Shown here: positions 48,776 to 57,754 of the stretch, one piece after another
Numbering within the stretch: position 1 is the first letter of the stretch
Layout of the letters: each line of letters opens with the position of its first letter
From: Candidatus Tayloriibacteriota bacterium
GTDB lineage: Bacteria > Patescibacteriota > Minisyncoccia > Phycocordibacterales > PALSA-1337
Direction: 5' to 3'
NCBI GenBank assembly: GCA_003151615.1
Contig: PLXZ01000001.1
Coordinates: 352,124-416,123, forward strand
DNA length: 64,000 nt
Position numbers and translations under genes: made by a program
The notes under the pieces: model-generated
Told to the model about the DNA's origin: nothing
What the model saw: the letters and a program-made list of their open reading frames with translations, nothing else
Database searches by the model: none

Positions 48776-50096
48776 GGATTTTTTTCGCCTTAAGACCTGT
48801 TAATTTTTCCCATCGCTTCTTGATCACCTCGGCGTACACGGGTGACTTTTCCATGAGGTAACAGCGTCGGTTCATTTTCGTTGAAGCGATCAGTGTCGAT
48901 CCGCTTCCGCCGAAGGGTTCGATGATGAGGTCATTTCGCTTCGTCAATACCTTTATGTACGGAATGAGAAGCTCTAACGGCTTTGTGCCGAAGATAATTT
49001 CCTGTCCCGACGAAGCCTTGTCCGCGGCGGTGTGGCTGATGAAATCCGTCGGGCATATCTTTTTGCCTTTCTCGTAGCTTTCCCAGTGCGGTTTGCCTAA
49101 CGTGGCAAAGAGCGCGTTTTCATATTCGTTTTGGAACAGTTCTTCCTCGGGTTCTATATTGAGAGCGATTTTCCCGCCGGTACCGACGAGAGCTATGTCA
49201 GTCTTGTTGAAGAACTTGTACTTGGCCGAAAATCCTTGCATGCGGTTACCCACATGCCACGTAATTGTGTTACGATACTTCCAGTGTTTCTCGAGTTCAT
49301 TCCAAATAATTCGAAGATTTTTCGGATTCTCGAAAATAATAATGGAGAAGTCAGGTTTCTGCACTTTTGCGACATTCGCCATCCATAACTCCGTGAAGTT
49401 ATCCGGAAGGATGTCGGTCTCGAGGTATCGGCGATCGCGCTTGTTGCCGAAGCCCGTGACGGCATCGCCTTTCTTCTTTTTACCCTTGAGGTAATCGAGT
49501 ATATATGGCGGGTCGGTGAGACACATGTCGGCTTTCACCCCATCCATTAGTTTGAGCGTATCGGCTTCGACAGTGCTGTCACCGCACATGAGGCGCGAGC
49601 CGTTCAGGTCGTACACGTCTCCCTTTTTGATGTCAATGCTATCGATCTTTAGCTTTTTAAGCTCTTTTTCGAGATCAAACTGCTCGGGCGTTTCTTCGAT
49701 TGCGAATATATCGTCGAGGTCTTCCGACGAGAAGCCGATGCCCGACAGGAATGTTTCGTCGAATTTTGCGAGCAGATCCCAGTCAAATTCGCCCGTGTTT
49801 TTGTTGAGGCGAATATTCAACTCCTTTTCCTTTTCGATGTCGGGAATGTTGATATATACGACTGGAACTTCGGTGATGCCGAGCTCCTTGATTACTGACA
49901 AACGAAAATGTCCGCCGATGACGACACCCGCGCGTTCCGGCGCGGAGTTGACGAGAAGCGGATCGACGAGGCCGAAACGCTTGATACTTTCTTTCAACTG
50001 GTCACTGGCTTCCTTGTCCCATTTTCTAGGGTTATACGAAGCCACTTTTAATACGTCGACTGAGACATGCTCAATTTTGATTTTTTCTGAATTCAT
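48768..50096 (-). CDS. ParB-like nuclease domain fused to a DNA methyltransferase (DPPY motif)
   Basis: N-terminal ParB/Srx fold (VVIGGHFRLSV) and a C-terminal amino-methyltransferase with CLTDPPY and FGGSGST motifs. Confidence 0.6.
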   Translation of the reverse strand: MNSEKIKIEHVSVDVLKVASYNPRKWDKEASDQLKESIKRFGLVDPLLVNSAPERAGVVIGGHFRLSVIKELGITEVPVVYINIPDIEKEKELNIRLNKNTGEFDWDLLAKFDETFLSGIGFSSEDLDDIFAIEETPEQFDLEKELKKLKIDSIDIKKGDVYDLNGSRLMCGDSTVEADTLKLMDGVKADMCLTDPPYILDYLKGKKKKGDAVTGFGNKRDRRYLETDILPDNFTELWMANVAKVQKPDFSIIIFENPKNLRIIWNELEKHWKYRNTITWHVGNRMQGFSAKYKFFNKTDIALVGTGGKIALNIEPEEELFQNEYENALFATLGKPHWESYEKGKKICPTDFISHTAADKASSGQEIIFGTKPLELLIPYIKVLTKRNDLIIEPFGGSGSTLIASTKMNRRCYLMEKSPVYAEVIKKRWEKLTGLKAKKIHG

Positions 50097-50456
50097 TATG
50101 TTTAATTTATGAAGAACTGATTAATACTGCAGTTTTTTGCAAAGCAAAAAAGCGCCCAGTTTTTGATTGCGGGACGGATTGGTTGATGGATAACATCCGG
50201 TCACCTTGTACAGGTTATGAACCCTATTCGGTTGTTCTTCTTTTCAGAAGATTTTGATCAGCTTTTACAAGCAAATCGGAGATGCGCGAGAGAGTGGAAC
50301 CAGACCCTTTTCAGGAATCCCTCTCAGCCTTTATCAGGCATTTTTCCGCTGTCATGCGGAGGAATTGATGTAAATGATATATCGTCCGTGGAAAAAGTCA
50401 ATATCACTGTCTCTTATGGATGTGAATATCTATCGTGGTGTATAATTTGTTGTGTC

Positions 50457-50606
50457 ATGAAAAATCCAAAGGCAAAAAAACCAAAAAAATATACGGAAGC
50501 GCAAAAAGCATTTATTGACGATGCGGCTCAGCAGTATGCTGACCTTATTGTGCAAGTCATTGAACAAAATCACGCTGCTAAAAAAGTCGAAAAGGAGGGA
50601 GAATAA
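50457..50606 (+). CDS. Possible small basic protein (49 aa)
   Basis: MKNPKAKKPKKYTEAQKAFIDDAAQQYADLIVQVIEQNHAAKKVEKEGE, the only protein-like part of the 50217-50606 ORF. Confidence 0.25.
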   Translation: MKNPKAKKPKKYTEAQKAFIDDAAQQYADLIVQVIEQNHAAKKVEKEGE

Positions 50607-50844
50607 GACACAGGGTAGAGGTGCCTGAGTGCTGTCTTAAATGTCTTATTCGCATATGGTTGAGCCATGCTTCGACACGCTTGAAACACTTGTCTTATTC
50701 GTAAATCGGAAAAATGACCCCCTATGCGTCTGGGTCATCGTACCTATTATGGTGTCGCTTAAAAACCCTTACACGGTCTTGCATCACTCCGTCTGAGACG
50801 CGTCAGGGCAACAAGTCAAGACGGTTTTGGAACCGCTGCAAAAA

Positions 50845-50866
50845 AGTCCCAGAAACGGGGCTTTTT
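50845..50866 (+). terminator. Intrinsic terminator-like hairpin (GTCCC-AGAAAC-GGGGC followed by TTTTTT) inside the nrdD leader
   Basis: Stem-loop plus T6, preceded by an A-tract, located 140 nt upstream of the nrdD start. Confidence 0.4.
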
Positions 50867-51007
50867 TGTTGGTTGAAAGTTTGCCTCAACTCGTGCTTGT
50901 CACTGCCAGAGGGCGTTATCCACATATTTCATGATTGCGAAACATTGAAACTAGAGCGATAATGGAACAATATCACTCGTTTAATAAATTTTTTTAATAA
51001 TGCACAC

Positions 51008-53197
51008 ATGTTTATGACAATAATAAAGAGGGATGGTACGGAGGTTACGTTTGAAGAAGGCAAAATTGCGCGGGCGATCGCTCAGGCAGGCAGGGCGACC
51101 GGCGAATTCGACGAGACCGAAGCGAAAAAACTGACGGAGAGCGTCATCGCCGCCGTTTTGAAAAAAAGAGACGGCGATCCGGCGCAACACGTGCCCCGCG
51201 TCGAGGAAATTCAGGACGTGGTTGAGCAGATACTCATGCGTTCGCGATTCAAATTGACGGCAAAAGCCTATATTCTCTATCGAGCCCAACACGCGGAAAT
51301 GCGAGCTTTCGCCACGGCGGCGTCGCTTGGCCTTGTCGATAATTATTTGGAAAAGCTCGACTGGCAGGTGAAGGAAAACAGCAACATGGGCTATTCGCTC
51401 CAGGGCCTCAACAACTATATTTTTTCCGAAGTCAGCAAAACGTACTGGCTCAATAAAATCTATCCGAAGGAAGTTCGCGCGGCGTACGAATCGGGCGACA
51501 TGCACATCCACGATTTAGGCACACTCTCCATTTATTGCGTCGGCTGGGATCTGATGGACCTTCTCACGGAGGGATTCAAGGGCGTTTCGGATAAAATTGA
51601 ATCCGCTCCGCCGAAGCATTTCCGTTCGGCTCTCGGCCAGATCGTCAATTTCATGTACACCTTGCAGGGCGAGGCCGCCGGCGCCATCGCATTTTCAAAT
51701 TTCGACACGCTCCTCGCTCCGTTCATCAGATACGACGGTCTGACCGCCGATGAAGTCAAGCAATGCATGCAGGAATTTGTTTTCAACATGAATGTGCCGA
51801 CGCGCGTCGGTTTCCAGACGCCGTTTTCAAACATAACCCTCGATTTGACTCCGTCGGTCAACTTCAAAAATCTGCCGGTCATGATTGGCGGCAAACCGCA
51901 ACGCGAAAAATATTCCGAATTCCAGAGGGAAATGGATATTTTGAATACGGCATTGTTTGCCGTCATGAGCGAAGGCGACGCCGCCGGCCGGGTCTTCACA
52001 TTCCCGATTCCGACGGTCAACGTCACGAAGGATTTCGATTGGAACAATCCGAATTTGAAGGGGCTTTGGGAAATCACCGCGAAATACGGCGTGCCGTACT
52101 TCAGTAATTTCGTCAATTCCGACATGAAGCCGGAAGATACGCGTTCGATGTGCTGTCGTCTGCGTCTGGATTTGCAGGAGCTTGATCGACGCGGCGGGGG
52201 ACTCTTCGGCGCGAATGCCTTGACCGGTTCGGTCGGCGTCGTGACGATAAATATTCCACGTCTCGGATATATGGCCAGAAACAAGGCCAAAACGGCGAAA
52301 GAAGCCAAAGAAAAATTCCTGAAACTTCTCGCGGAGAAAATGGATATTGCGCGCGAAAGCCTCGAAATCAAGCGAAAAATGATCGAACGTTTGACCGACG
52401 CCAATCTGTATCCGTACACGAAATTTTATCTCAGAAAAATAAAGGAGAGCCTCGGCGAATATTGGAAAAATCATTTTTCGACAATCGGTTTGGTTGGATT
52501 GAACGAAGCGGCGGTCAATCTGATTGGTCATGACATTGGTTCGGCTGAAGGGCAGGCATTCGCCGGAGAGGTTCTCGACTTCATGCGCCAGAGGCTCGTC
52601 TCGTATCAAAAAGAAACCGGCAATCTGTACAATTTGGAGGCGACGCCGGCGGAAGGTACGGCGTACCGTTTGGCGTTGAAGGACAAAAAATTGTATCCGG
52701 ATATTATTGTCGCGAACGAAGCGGAATTCGCGAAAGGGGCCCAGCCGTTTTACACGAATTCGTCGCATGTGCCGGTCAATTATACAAGTGACATTGTCGA
52801 GTTGCTCAATATTCAGGATAATCTTCAAACGAAATATACCGGAGGAACGGTCATCCACCTGTTTCTCGGCGAACGCATCGCCGATCCGTCCGCCGTGCCG
52901 GCCCTCGTGAAAAAAATCTGCGAGAATTACCGTCTGCCGTATTTCACCCTGACGCCGACATTCAGCGTCTGTTCGTCGCACGGATATATCAAGGGCGAAA
53001 AGCCCCTCTGTCCGACATGCCACAAGGAGTGCGAAGTATATTCCCGCGTCGTCGGTTACTTGCGTCCCGTCGGCCAGTGGAACGAGGGCAAGCAGGCTGA
53101 ATTTTCTCTGCGCCGAAAATTCACGCCGGAATTCATCGAAGTCGGCGGGGCTCGGGTCGAAGCCCTGTCGGCAGTTTCCGCCGATCCTTCGGCGTAA
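51008..53197 (+). CDS. nrdD: Anaerobic ribonucleoside-triphosphate reductase (class III)
   Basis: 729 aa with an N-terminal ATP-cone (IIKRDGTEVTFEEGKIARAI) and a C-terminal Zn-ribbon CPTCHKEC. The glycyl-radical region was not verified by eye. Confidence 0.8.
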   Translation: MFMTIIKRDGTEVTFEEGKIARAIAQAGRATGEFDETEAKKLTESVIAAVLKKRDGDPAQHVPRVEEIQDVVEQILMRSRFKLTAKAYILYRAQHAEMRAFATAASLGLVDNYLEKLDWQVKENSNMGYSLQGLNNYIFSEVSKTYWLNKIYPKEVRAAYESGDMHIHDLGTLSIYCVGWDLMDLLTEGFKGVSDKIESAPPKHFRSALGQIVNFMYTLQGEAAGAIAFSNFDTLLAPFIRYDGLTADEVKQCMQEFVFNMNVPTRVGFQTPFSNITLDLTPSVNFKNLPVMIGGKPQREKYSEFQREMDILNTALFAVMSEGDAAGRVFTFPIPTVNVTKDFDWNNPNLKGLWEITAKYGVPYFSNFVNSDMKPEDTRSMCCRLRLDLQELDRRGGGLFGANALTGSVGVVTINIPRLGYMARNKAKTAKEAKEKFLKLLAEKMDIARESLEIKRKMIERLTDANLYPYTKFYLRKIKESLGEYWKNHFSTIGLVGLNEAAVNLIGHDIGSAEGQAFAGEVLDFMRQRLVSYQKETGNLYNLEATPAEGTAYRLALKDKKLYPDIIVANEAEFAKGAQPFYTNSSHVPVNYTSDIVELLNIQDNLQTKYTGGTVIHLFLGERIADPSAVPALVKKICENYRLPYFTLTPTFSVCSSHGYIKGEKPLCPTCHKECEVYSRVVGYLRPVGQWNEGKQAEFSLRRKFTPEFIEVGGARVEALSAVSADPSA

Positions 53198-53207
53198 TTT
53201 CGCCGCC

Positions 53208-53897
53208 ATGAAATTCGGCGGGCTCGAGAAAATCACGCTCATTGATTATCCGGGGAAAATTGCGTGCATGGTGTACACCATCGGCTGCAACTTCCGCTGT
53301 CCGTATTGCCACAATCCGGAACTCGTCGACGAAACGGTGGTAGACACGATTTCGGAGAGAAAAGTCCTGGAATTTCTCGACGGGAGGCGCGCAATGCTCG
53401 ATGCAGTCGTCGTCACCGGCGGGGAACCAACCATGCATGGCGAGGCTTTGCTGTGCTTTCTCAAAAAAGTCAAAGCGAGAGGCTTTTTGGTCAAGCTCGA
53501 TTCGAACGGCACCAACCCGGAGATTTTGAAAAGGGCGATTGACGGAAAATTGGTCGATTATGTCGCCATGGACATTAAATCACCAATGTCGAAATACGCG
53601 CAGGTCGTGGCCCGGCCGGTCGACGTGGCCGCAATCCGCGCGAGTATTGAGTTGCTGATTTCTTCACCCGTCGAATATGAATTTCGCACGACGGTCATAA
53701 AGGCCTTGTGCTCGCCGGAGGATATCGACGAAATCGGGCGCGAAATTCGCGGCGCTCGGCGATATTTTCTTCAAAAATTTGTTCCGACGAAGTTGCTTAA
53801 TCCGCAATTTTTGAAGAAAGTCACGTACAGCGACGCGGAGTTTGAAGCTTTCCGGAAAAAAATGAACACATATGTCACATATTGCGGTATCAGATAA
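53208..53897 (+). CDS. nrdG: Anaerobic RNR-activating radical SAM protein
   Basis: CNFRCPYCHN radical-SAM cluster motif, located directly after nrdD. Confidence 0.75.
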   Translation: MKFGGLEKITLIDYPGKIACMVYTIGCNFRCPYCHNPELVDETVVDTISERKVLEFLDGRRAMLDAVVVTGGEPTMHGEALLCFLKKVKARGFLVKLDSNGTNPEILKRAIDGKLVDYVAMDIKSPMSKYAQVVARPVDVAAIRASIELLISSPVEYEFRTTVIKALCSPEDIDEIGREIRGARRYFLQKFVPTKLLNPQFLKKVTYSDAEFEAFRKKMNTYVTYCGIR

Positions 53898-55134
53898 AAA
53901 ACATAAACGCAGCGTCTATCTTGACCATGCGGCGTCGACGCCGATTGATAGGTCGGTGCTTTTGAAGATGCTTCCGTATTTCGGCGGAGAATACGGCAAT
54001 CCGTCGTCGATGCATTCCTCCGGCCGCCGCGCCGGTCAGGCTATTGACCGCGCCCGCCGGGAAATTGCCGACATTCTCGATTGCTTGCCCGAAGAAGTTA
54101 TTTTTACCGGCTCGGGCACCGAGTCCGACAATCTGGCCTTGCGCGGAGTGGCGCATGCGTACCGGCATGCCGGCGACCACATCATAATTTCAGCCATTGA
54201 ACACAAGGCAGTAACTGAATCGGCGAAACTTCTCGAAAAGCAAGGATTCAAGGTCAGCATTGCGCCGGTCAATGCGTATGGTTTCGTCGATATTCCGGCA
54301 TGCGTCCGGTTGATTACCGAAAAAACAATTTTAATTTCGGTCATGTACGCCAATAATGAAATCGGCACGATCGAGCCGATACGGGAACTTTCAACGGCGA
54401 TCCGCGTATGGCGCATGGACAACGGCGGTCGCTCGTTTCCGTTTATCCATACCGATGCATGCCAAGCCGCCGGATTTTTGCCGCTCAACGTCAACGAGCT
54501 CGGCGTCGATCTCATGACGATTAACGGTTCGAAAATATACGGACCGAAAGGCATCGGCATTTTGTATAAAAAAAGAGGCATCAGTCTGGCGCCGATAGTG
54601 GTCGGCGGCGAGCAGGAGAAAAATTTGCGCGCCGGGACGGAAAGCGTGGCTCTCATCGTCGGTTTTGCGAAGGCTCTGTGTCTCGCCGACAGTTTGAAGG
54701 AAGTCGAAAGCGCCCGCCTGATTGAACTTCGCGATTATTTTTTCGAAGGCTTGTTGCGTTCGATTCCCGGCTCGATTAAAAACGGCCATCGCATGATGCG
54801 TTTGCCGAACAATGTCCATATTTCCATTCCGAATATAGAGGGCGAGTCGATTCTTCTCATGCTCGATAAACTGGGAGTTGAAGCTTCGACCGGTTCGGCC
54901 TGCTCCGCATATGATTTGAAGCCTTCGCACGTATTGCTCGCCATCGGACAGACCTCCGAGTTCGCGCACGGAAGCATCCGTTTTTCAATGGGCAGAAGCA
55001 CGACGAAAAGCGACGTCGATTATGTTTTGTCGGTATTTCCGTCGATTGTCCGGCAATTGTCGGGAATTTCTTCACTCACTGCGAGCATCAAACCCCGGCA
55101 TATTTCCGCCACAGCAAAAATTTCAAAATCATGA
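53872..55134 (+). CDS. Cysteine desulfurase (NifS/IscS family)
   Basis: 420 aa. The PLP-dependent class V fold (SGTESDNLALRG) and the active-site region SGSACS were found by eye. Confidence 0.7.
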   Translation: MSHIAVSDKKHKRSVYLDHAASTPIDRSVLLKMLPYFGGEYGNPSSMHSSGRRAGQAIDRARREIADILDCLPEEVIFTGSGTESDNLALRGVAHAYRHAGDHIIISAIEHKAVTESAKLLEKQGFKVSIAPVNAYGFVDIPACVRLITEKTILISVMYANNEIGTIEPIRELSTAIRVWRMDNGGRSFPFIHTDACQAAGFLPLNVNELGVDLMTINGSKIYGPKGIGILYKKRGISLAPIVVGGEQEKNLRAGTESVALIVGFAKALCLADSLKEVESARLIELRDYFFEGLLRSIPGSIKNGHRMMRLPNNVHISIPNIEGESILLMLDKLGVEASTGSACSAYDLKPSHVLLAIGQTSEFAHGSIRFSMGRSTTKSDVDYVLSVFPSIVRQLSGISSLTASIKPRHISATAKISKS

Positions 55135-55604
55135 AAAAAATAAAAACAAAAATATCGCCAAAAACAAAAGGGCAAAAGACAAAACTGTGCGACGTTCAGG
55201 ATTGGCTGTACAGCGATATTGTGAAGGATCATTTTTTCAATCCGCGCAATATTTTGCTCGACGAGACGAATTATGTCGCCGACGGCGTGGGCGTTGTCGG
55301 TTCTCCGGCCTGCGGCGACATGATGGCGGTATGGATAAAAGTCGATCCGAAAACCAAACGCATTGCCGAATGCAAATGGCGTACCTTTGGCTGTGCATCG
55401 GCCATTGCGTCGACGTCAATGATGTCGGTTATGGCCACCGAAAACGGCGGTATGACGCTCGCGCGGGCGAAGAGACTGTCGCCGGAAGAAATTATCGAGC
55501 GGCTCTCCGGTCTGCCGAACCGGAAGTATCATTGTTCGGTGCTCGGGCAGAACGCTTTGCGCGAAGCAATCGAGGACTATCAAAAAATGTTTCGTGAAAA
55601 ATAA
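55131..55604 (+). CDS. Fe-S cluster scaffold (NifU/IscU N-terminal domain)
   Basis: GSPACGDMM, ...KWRTFGCASAIAS... conserved Cys-containing motifs. Confidence 0.65.
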   Translation: MKKIKTKISPKTKGQKTKLCDVQDWLYSDIVKDHFFNPRNILLDETNYVADGVGVVGSPACGDMMAVWIKVDPKTKRIAECKWRTFGCASAIASTSMMSVMATENGGMTLARAKRLSPEEIIERLSGLPNRKYHCSVLGQNALREAIEDYQKMFREK

Positions 55605-56349
55605 TACTATGACCGAAGAAATACGAAAAACATACCGGGTTGTTGAAAAAGTGACGGAGGCGCCGTCGGTTTCGACGATCAAACTTGTCATTGATGATGG
55701 TGTGAAGAAAAATATTGTTCCGCCGTTTCATCCGGGACAATTCATTAATGTATATTTCCCGGAACTCGGAACTCCGGAAGGGAAGGCATACAGCATATCG
55801 AGCTCACCGTTGGAAAAGACGCTCAATATTACGGTGAAGGCAATGGGTCAATTTTCGAATAAACTCTGCGCACTCGAAAAAGGCGACATGATTACGGCGT
55901 CATTGCCGTACGGATATTTTTACAGCGAATCGGACGAGACGTCGATTGTCATGATTGCCGGGGGTATCGGCATCGCTCCGTTTCGAAGCATGATTTTTGA
56001 TGCGGCCGCGCGAACTCCGCAAAGAAAGCTGAGGCTTTTTTGCAGTTATCGCGCGGCCGCCGACATCATTTTCAGGAAAGAACTCGACGCGCTGTCGGCG
56101 GCCGCGCCCTGCGACTTCAAGGTTTTTTATTTCGTCACCCGCGAAGAATGCCGCGATCCGGCAGTCATTTCCGGACGCATGTCGGTCAATGACATCATCG
56201 GCAACGCAAAAAAAGGCCGCAAAAACATAGCCGGAAGGGAATTTTTCATGTGCGGCTCCATCCAGTTCGTCGGCAGTTTCTGGAAGGCCCTCCGCAAGCA
56301 GGGTGTTCTCGAGGAAATGATGTGCACCGAATCGTTTTTCTCGCATTGA
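55594..56349 (+). CDS. FAD/NAD(P)-binding oxidoreductase (ferredoxin-reductase-type, PyrK-like)
   Basis: 251 aa with the R.YS.SS FAD-binding motif region and a GGIGIAPF NAD-binding motif. Confidence 0.5.
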   Translation: MKNNTMTEEIRKTYRVVEKVTEAPSVSTIKLVIDDGVKKNIVPPFHPGQFINVYFPELGTPEGKAYSISSSPLEKTLNITVKAMGQFSNKLCALEKGDMITASLPYGYFYSESDETSIVMIAGGIGIAPFRSMIFDAAARTPQRKLRLFCSYRAAADIIFRKELDALSAAAPCDFKVFYFVTREECRDPAVISGRMSVNDIIGNAKKGRKNIAGREFFMCGSIQFVGSFWKALRKQGVLEEMMCTESFFSH

Positions 56350-56397
56350 ATTTTTTTGGCCGGGCGTATATACTGCTAGTATATAATTATCGAAACT

Positions 56398-56736
56398 ATG
56401 AAATCAAAAATACTTTCAAAAAAACAAAATCCGCTGTCGCCGCTGCCGAAGGAAGCCTACGAAAAAAACGCCCTTATTTACAAAATCCTTTCCAATTCGA
56501 AACGGCTCGAGATCCTGAACATTTTGAAGAAAAAAGAAACATCGGTCGAGACGCTCCTCGGCATTACGCGTTTACCGAAGGCTAATCTCTCCCAACACCT
56601 CGCATTGATGCGGCATAACGGCCTGGTCGTGCCGCGTCGCGACGGCCTCAACATTTTCTACAGCATCGTCGATCCGCGCATCGTCGAGCCGTGCAAAATT
56701 CTCCACCAGCTCCGCCATCAGTCGCGTGTGATATAG
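56398..56736 (+). CDS. ArsR/SmtB-family transcriptional regulator
   Basis: ILSNSKRLEILNIL...ETLLGITRLPKANLSQHLALMRHNGLV winged HTH. Confidence 0.65.
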   Translation: MKSKILSKKQNPLSPLPKEAYEKNALIYKILSNSKRLEILNILKKKETSVETLLGITRLPKANLSQHLALMRHNGLVVPRRDGLNIFYSIVDPRIVEPCKILHQLRHQSRVI

Positions 56737-56740
56737 CACA

Positions 56741-57754
56741 ATGAACATCATATTTTTCGAAACGACAAAAGAGGAGCAGTCAGCCTTGTCCGCGCTGGTG
56801 TCAGGCGCCGACTGCACTTTTGTGTCCGAAAAATTGGATGCGAAAATTGCCGCTCTCCATCCTGACGCCGAAATTATTTCGACGTTCATCAACTCCGAAA
56901 TTTCAAAGGAAGTGATTGACGCATTGCCGAAACTGAAACTCATTTCAACTCGCTCGACCGGCTACGATCACATCGACGTCGAATACGCCAAAAGCAAAGG
57001 CATAGCCGTTTCCAACGTTCCGTCATACGGCTCGCGAACCGTCGCCGAATTCGCTTTCGCTCTCATGCTCGATCTCTCGAGAAAAGTTTCAGATGCGAAC
57101 CGGCAGATACGCCAGGACGGCAGTTTCGACATCACCAATTTTCGCGGCTTTGACTTGTTTGGCAAAACTCTCGGCGTCATTGGCACCGGAAAAATCGGCA
57201 AAAATGTCATCAAAATCGCCAAAGGTTTCGGCATGAACGTCGTCGCGTTCGACGCTTTTCCCGACGCGCAATTCGCCGCCGAAGTCGGCTTCACCTATAT
57301 GCCGCTCGCAGGCCTTCTCGCCGTATCCGATATCGTCACCATCCACACTCTATATAATAAAGACACATTTCATTTGATAAACAAGGACAATGCGAAGCTT
57401 TTCAAAAAGGGCGCATACCTCATCAATACCGCGCGCGGCGAAATTGTAGATACGGAGGCCCTCATCTGGGCCATTGAACAGAAAATCCTGGCTGGAGCCG
57501 GCCTCGATGTTCTCGAAGGCGAGCGAAAATTGAAGGAAGAAGCGGAATTTTTGTTCAACAGCAGAAATGCCGCTGACGACCAGAGTTTCAGAACCCTCAT
57601 CGAAGACCACATGCTTATGGACATGCCGAACGTCATCGTCACTCCGCACATCGCTTTTTCTTCGCGCGAAGCCGAAGCGGAAATTTTGAAGACGTCCGCG
57701 GAAAACGTCATGGCTTTTGCCAAAGGCTCGGTCATAAATTCCGTCATAAAATAA
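56741..57754 (+). CDS. D-isomer-specific 2-hydroxyacid dehydrogenase
   Basis: GVIGTGKIGKNV NAD-binding motif and the catalytic RGE...H region. Confidence 0.65.
   Translation: MNIIFFETTKEEQSALSALVSGADCTFVSEKLDAKIAALHPDAEIISTFINSEISKEVIDALPKLKLISTRSTGYDHIDVEYAKSKGIAVSNVPSYGSRTVAEFAFALMLDLSRKVSDANRQIRQDGSFDITNFRGFDLFGKTLGVIGTGKIGKNVIKIAKGFGMNVVAFDAFPDAQFAAEVGFTYMPLAGLLAVSDIVTIHTLYNKDTFHLINKDNAKLFKKGAYLINTARGEIVDTEALIWAIEQKILAGAGLDVLEGERKLKEEAEFLFNSRNAADDQSFRTLIEDHMLMDMPNVIVTPHIAFSSREAEAEILKTSAENVMAFAKGSVINSVIK

Noticed and set aside
50217-50456. 5' part of the 129-aa plus-strand ORF
   Set aside because: Low-complexity, Cys/Phe-rich, with no start context. Only the last 49 codons look protein-like, and even that is kept at low confidence.
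51532-53242. Minus-strand ORFs of 295 and 471 aa
   Set aside because: They lie inside nrdD and are Arg-rich antisense artefacts of a GC-rich gene.
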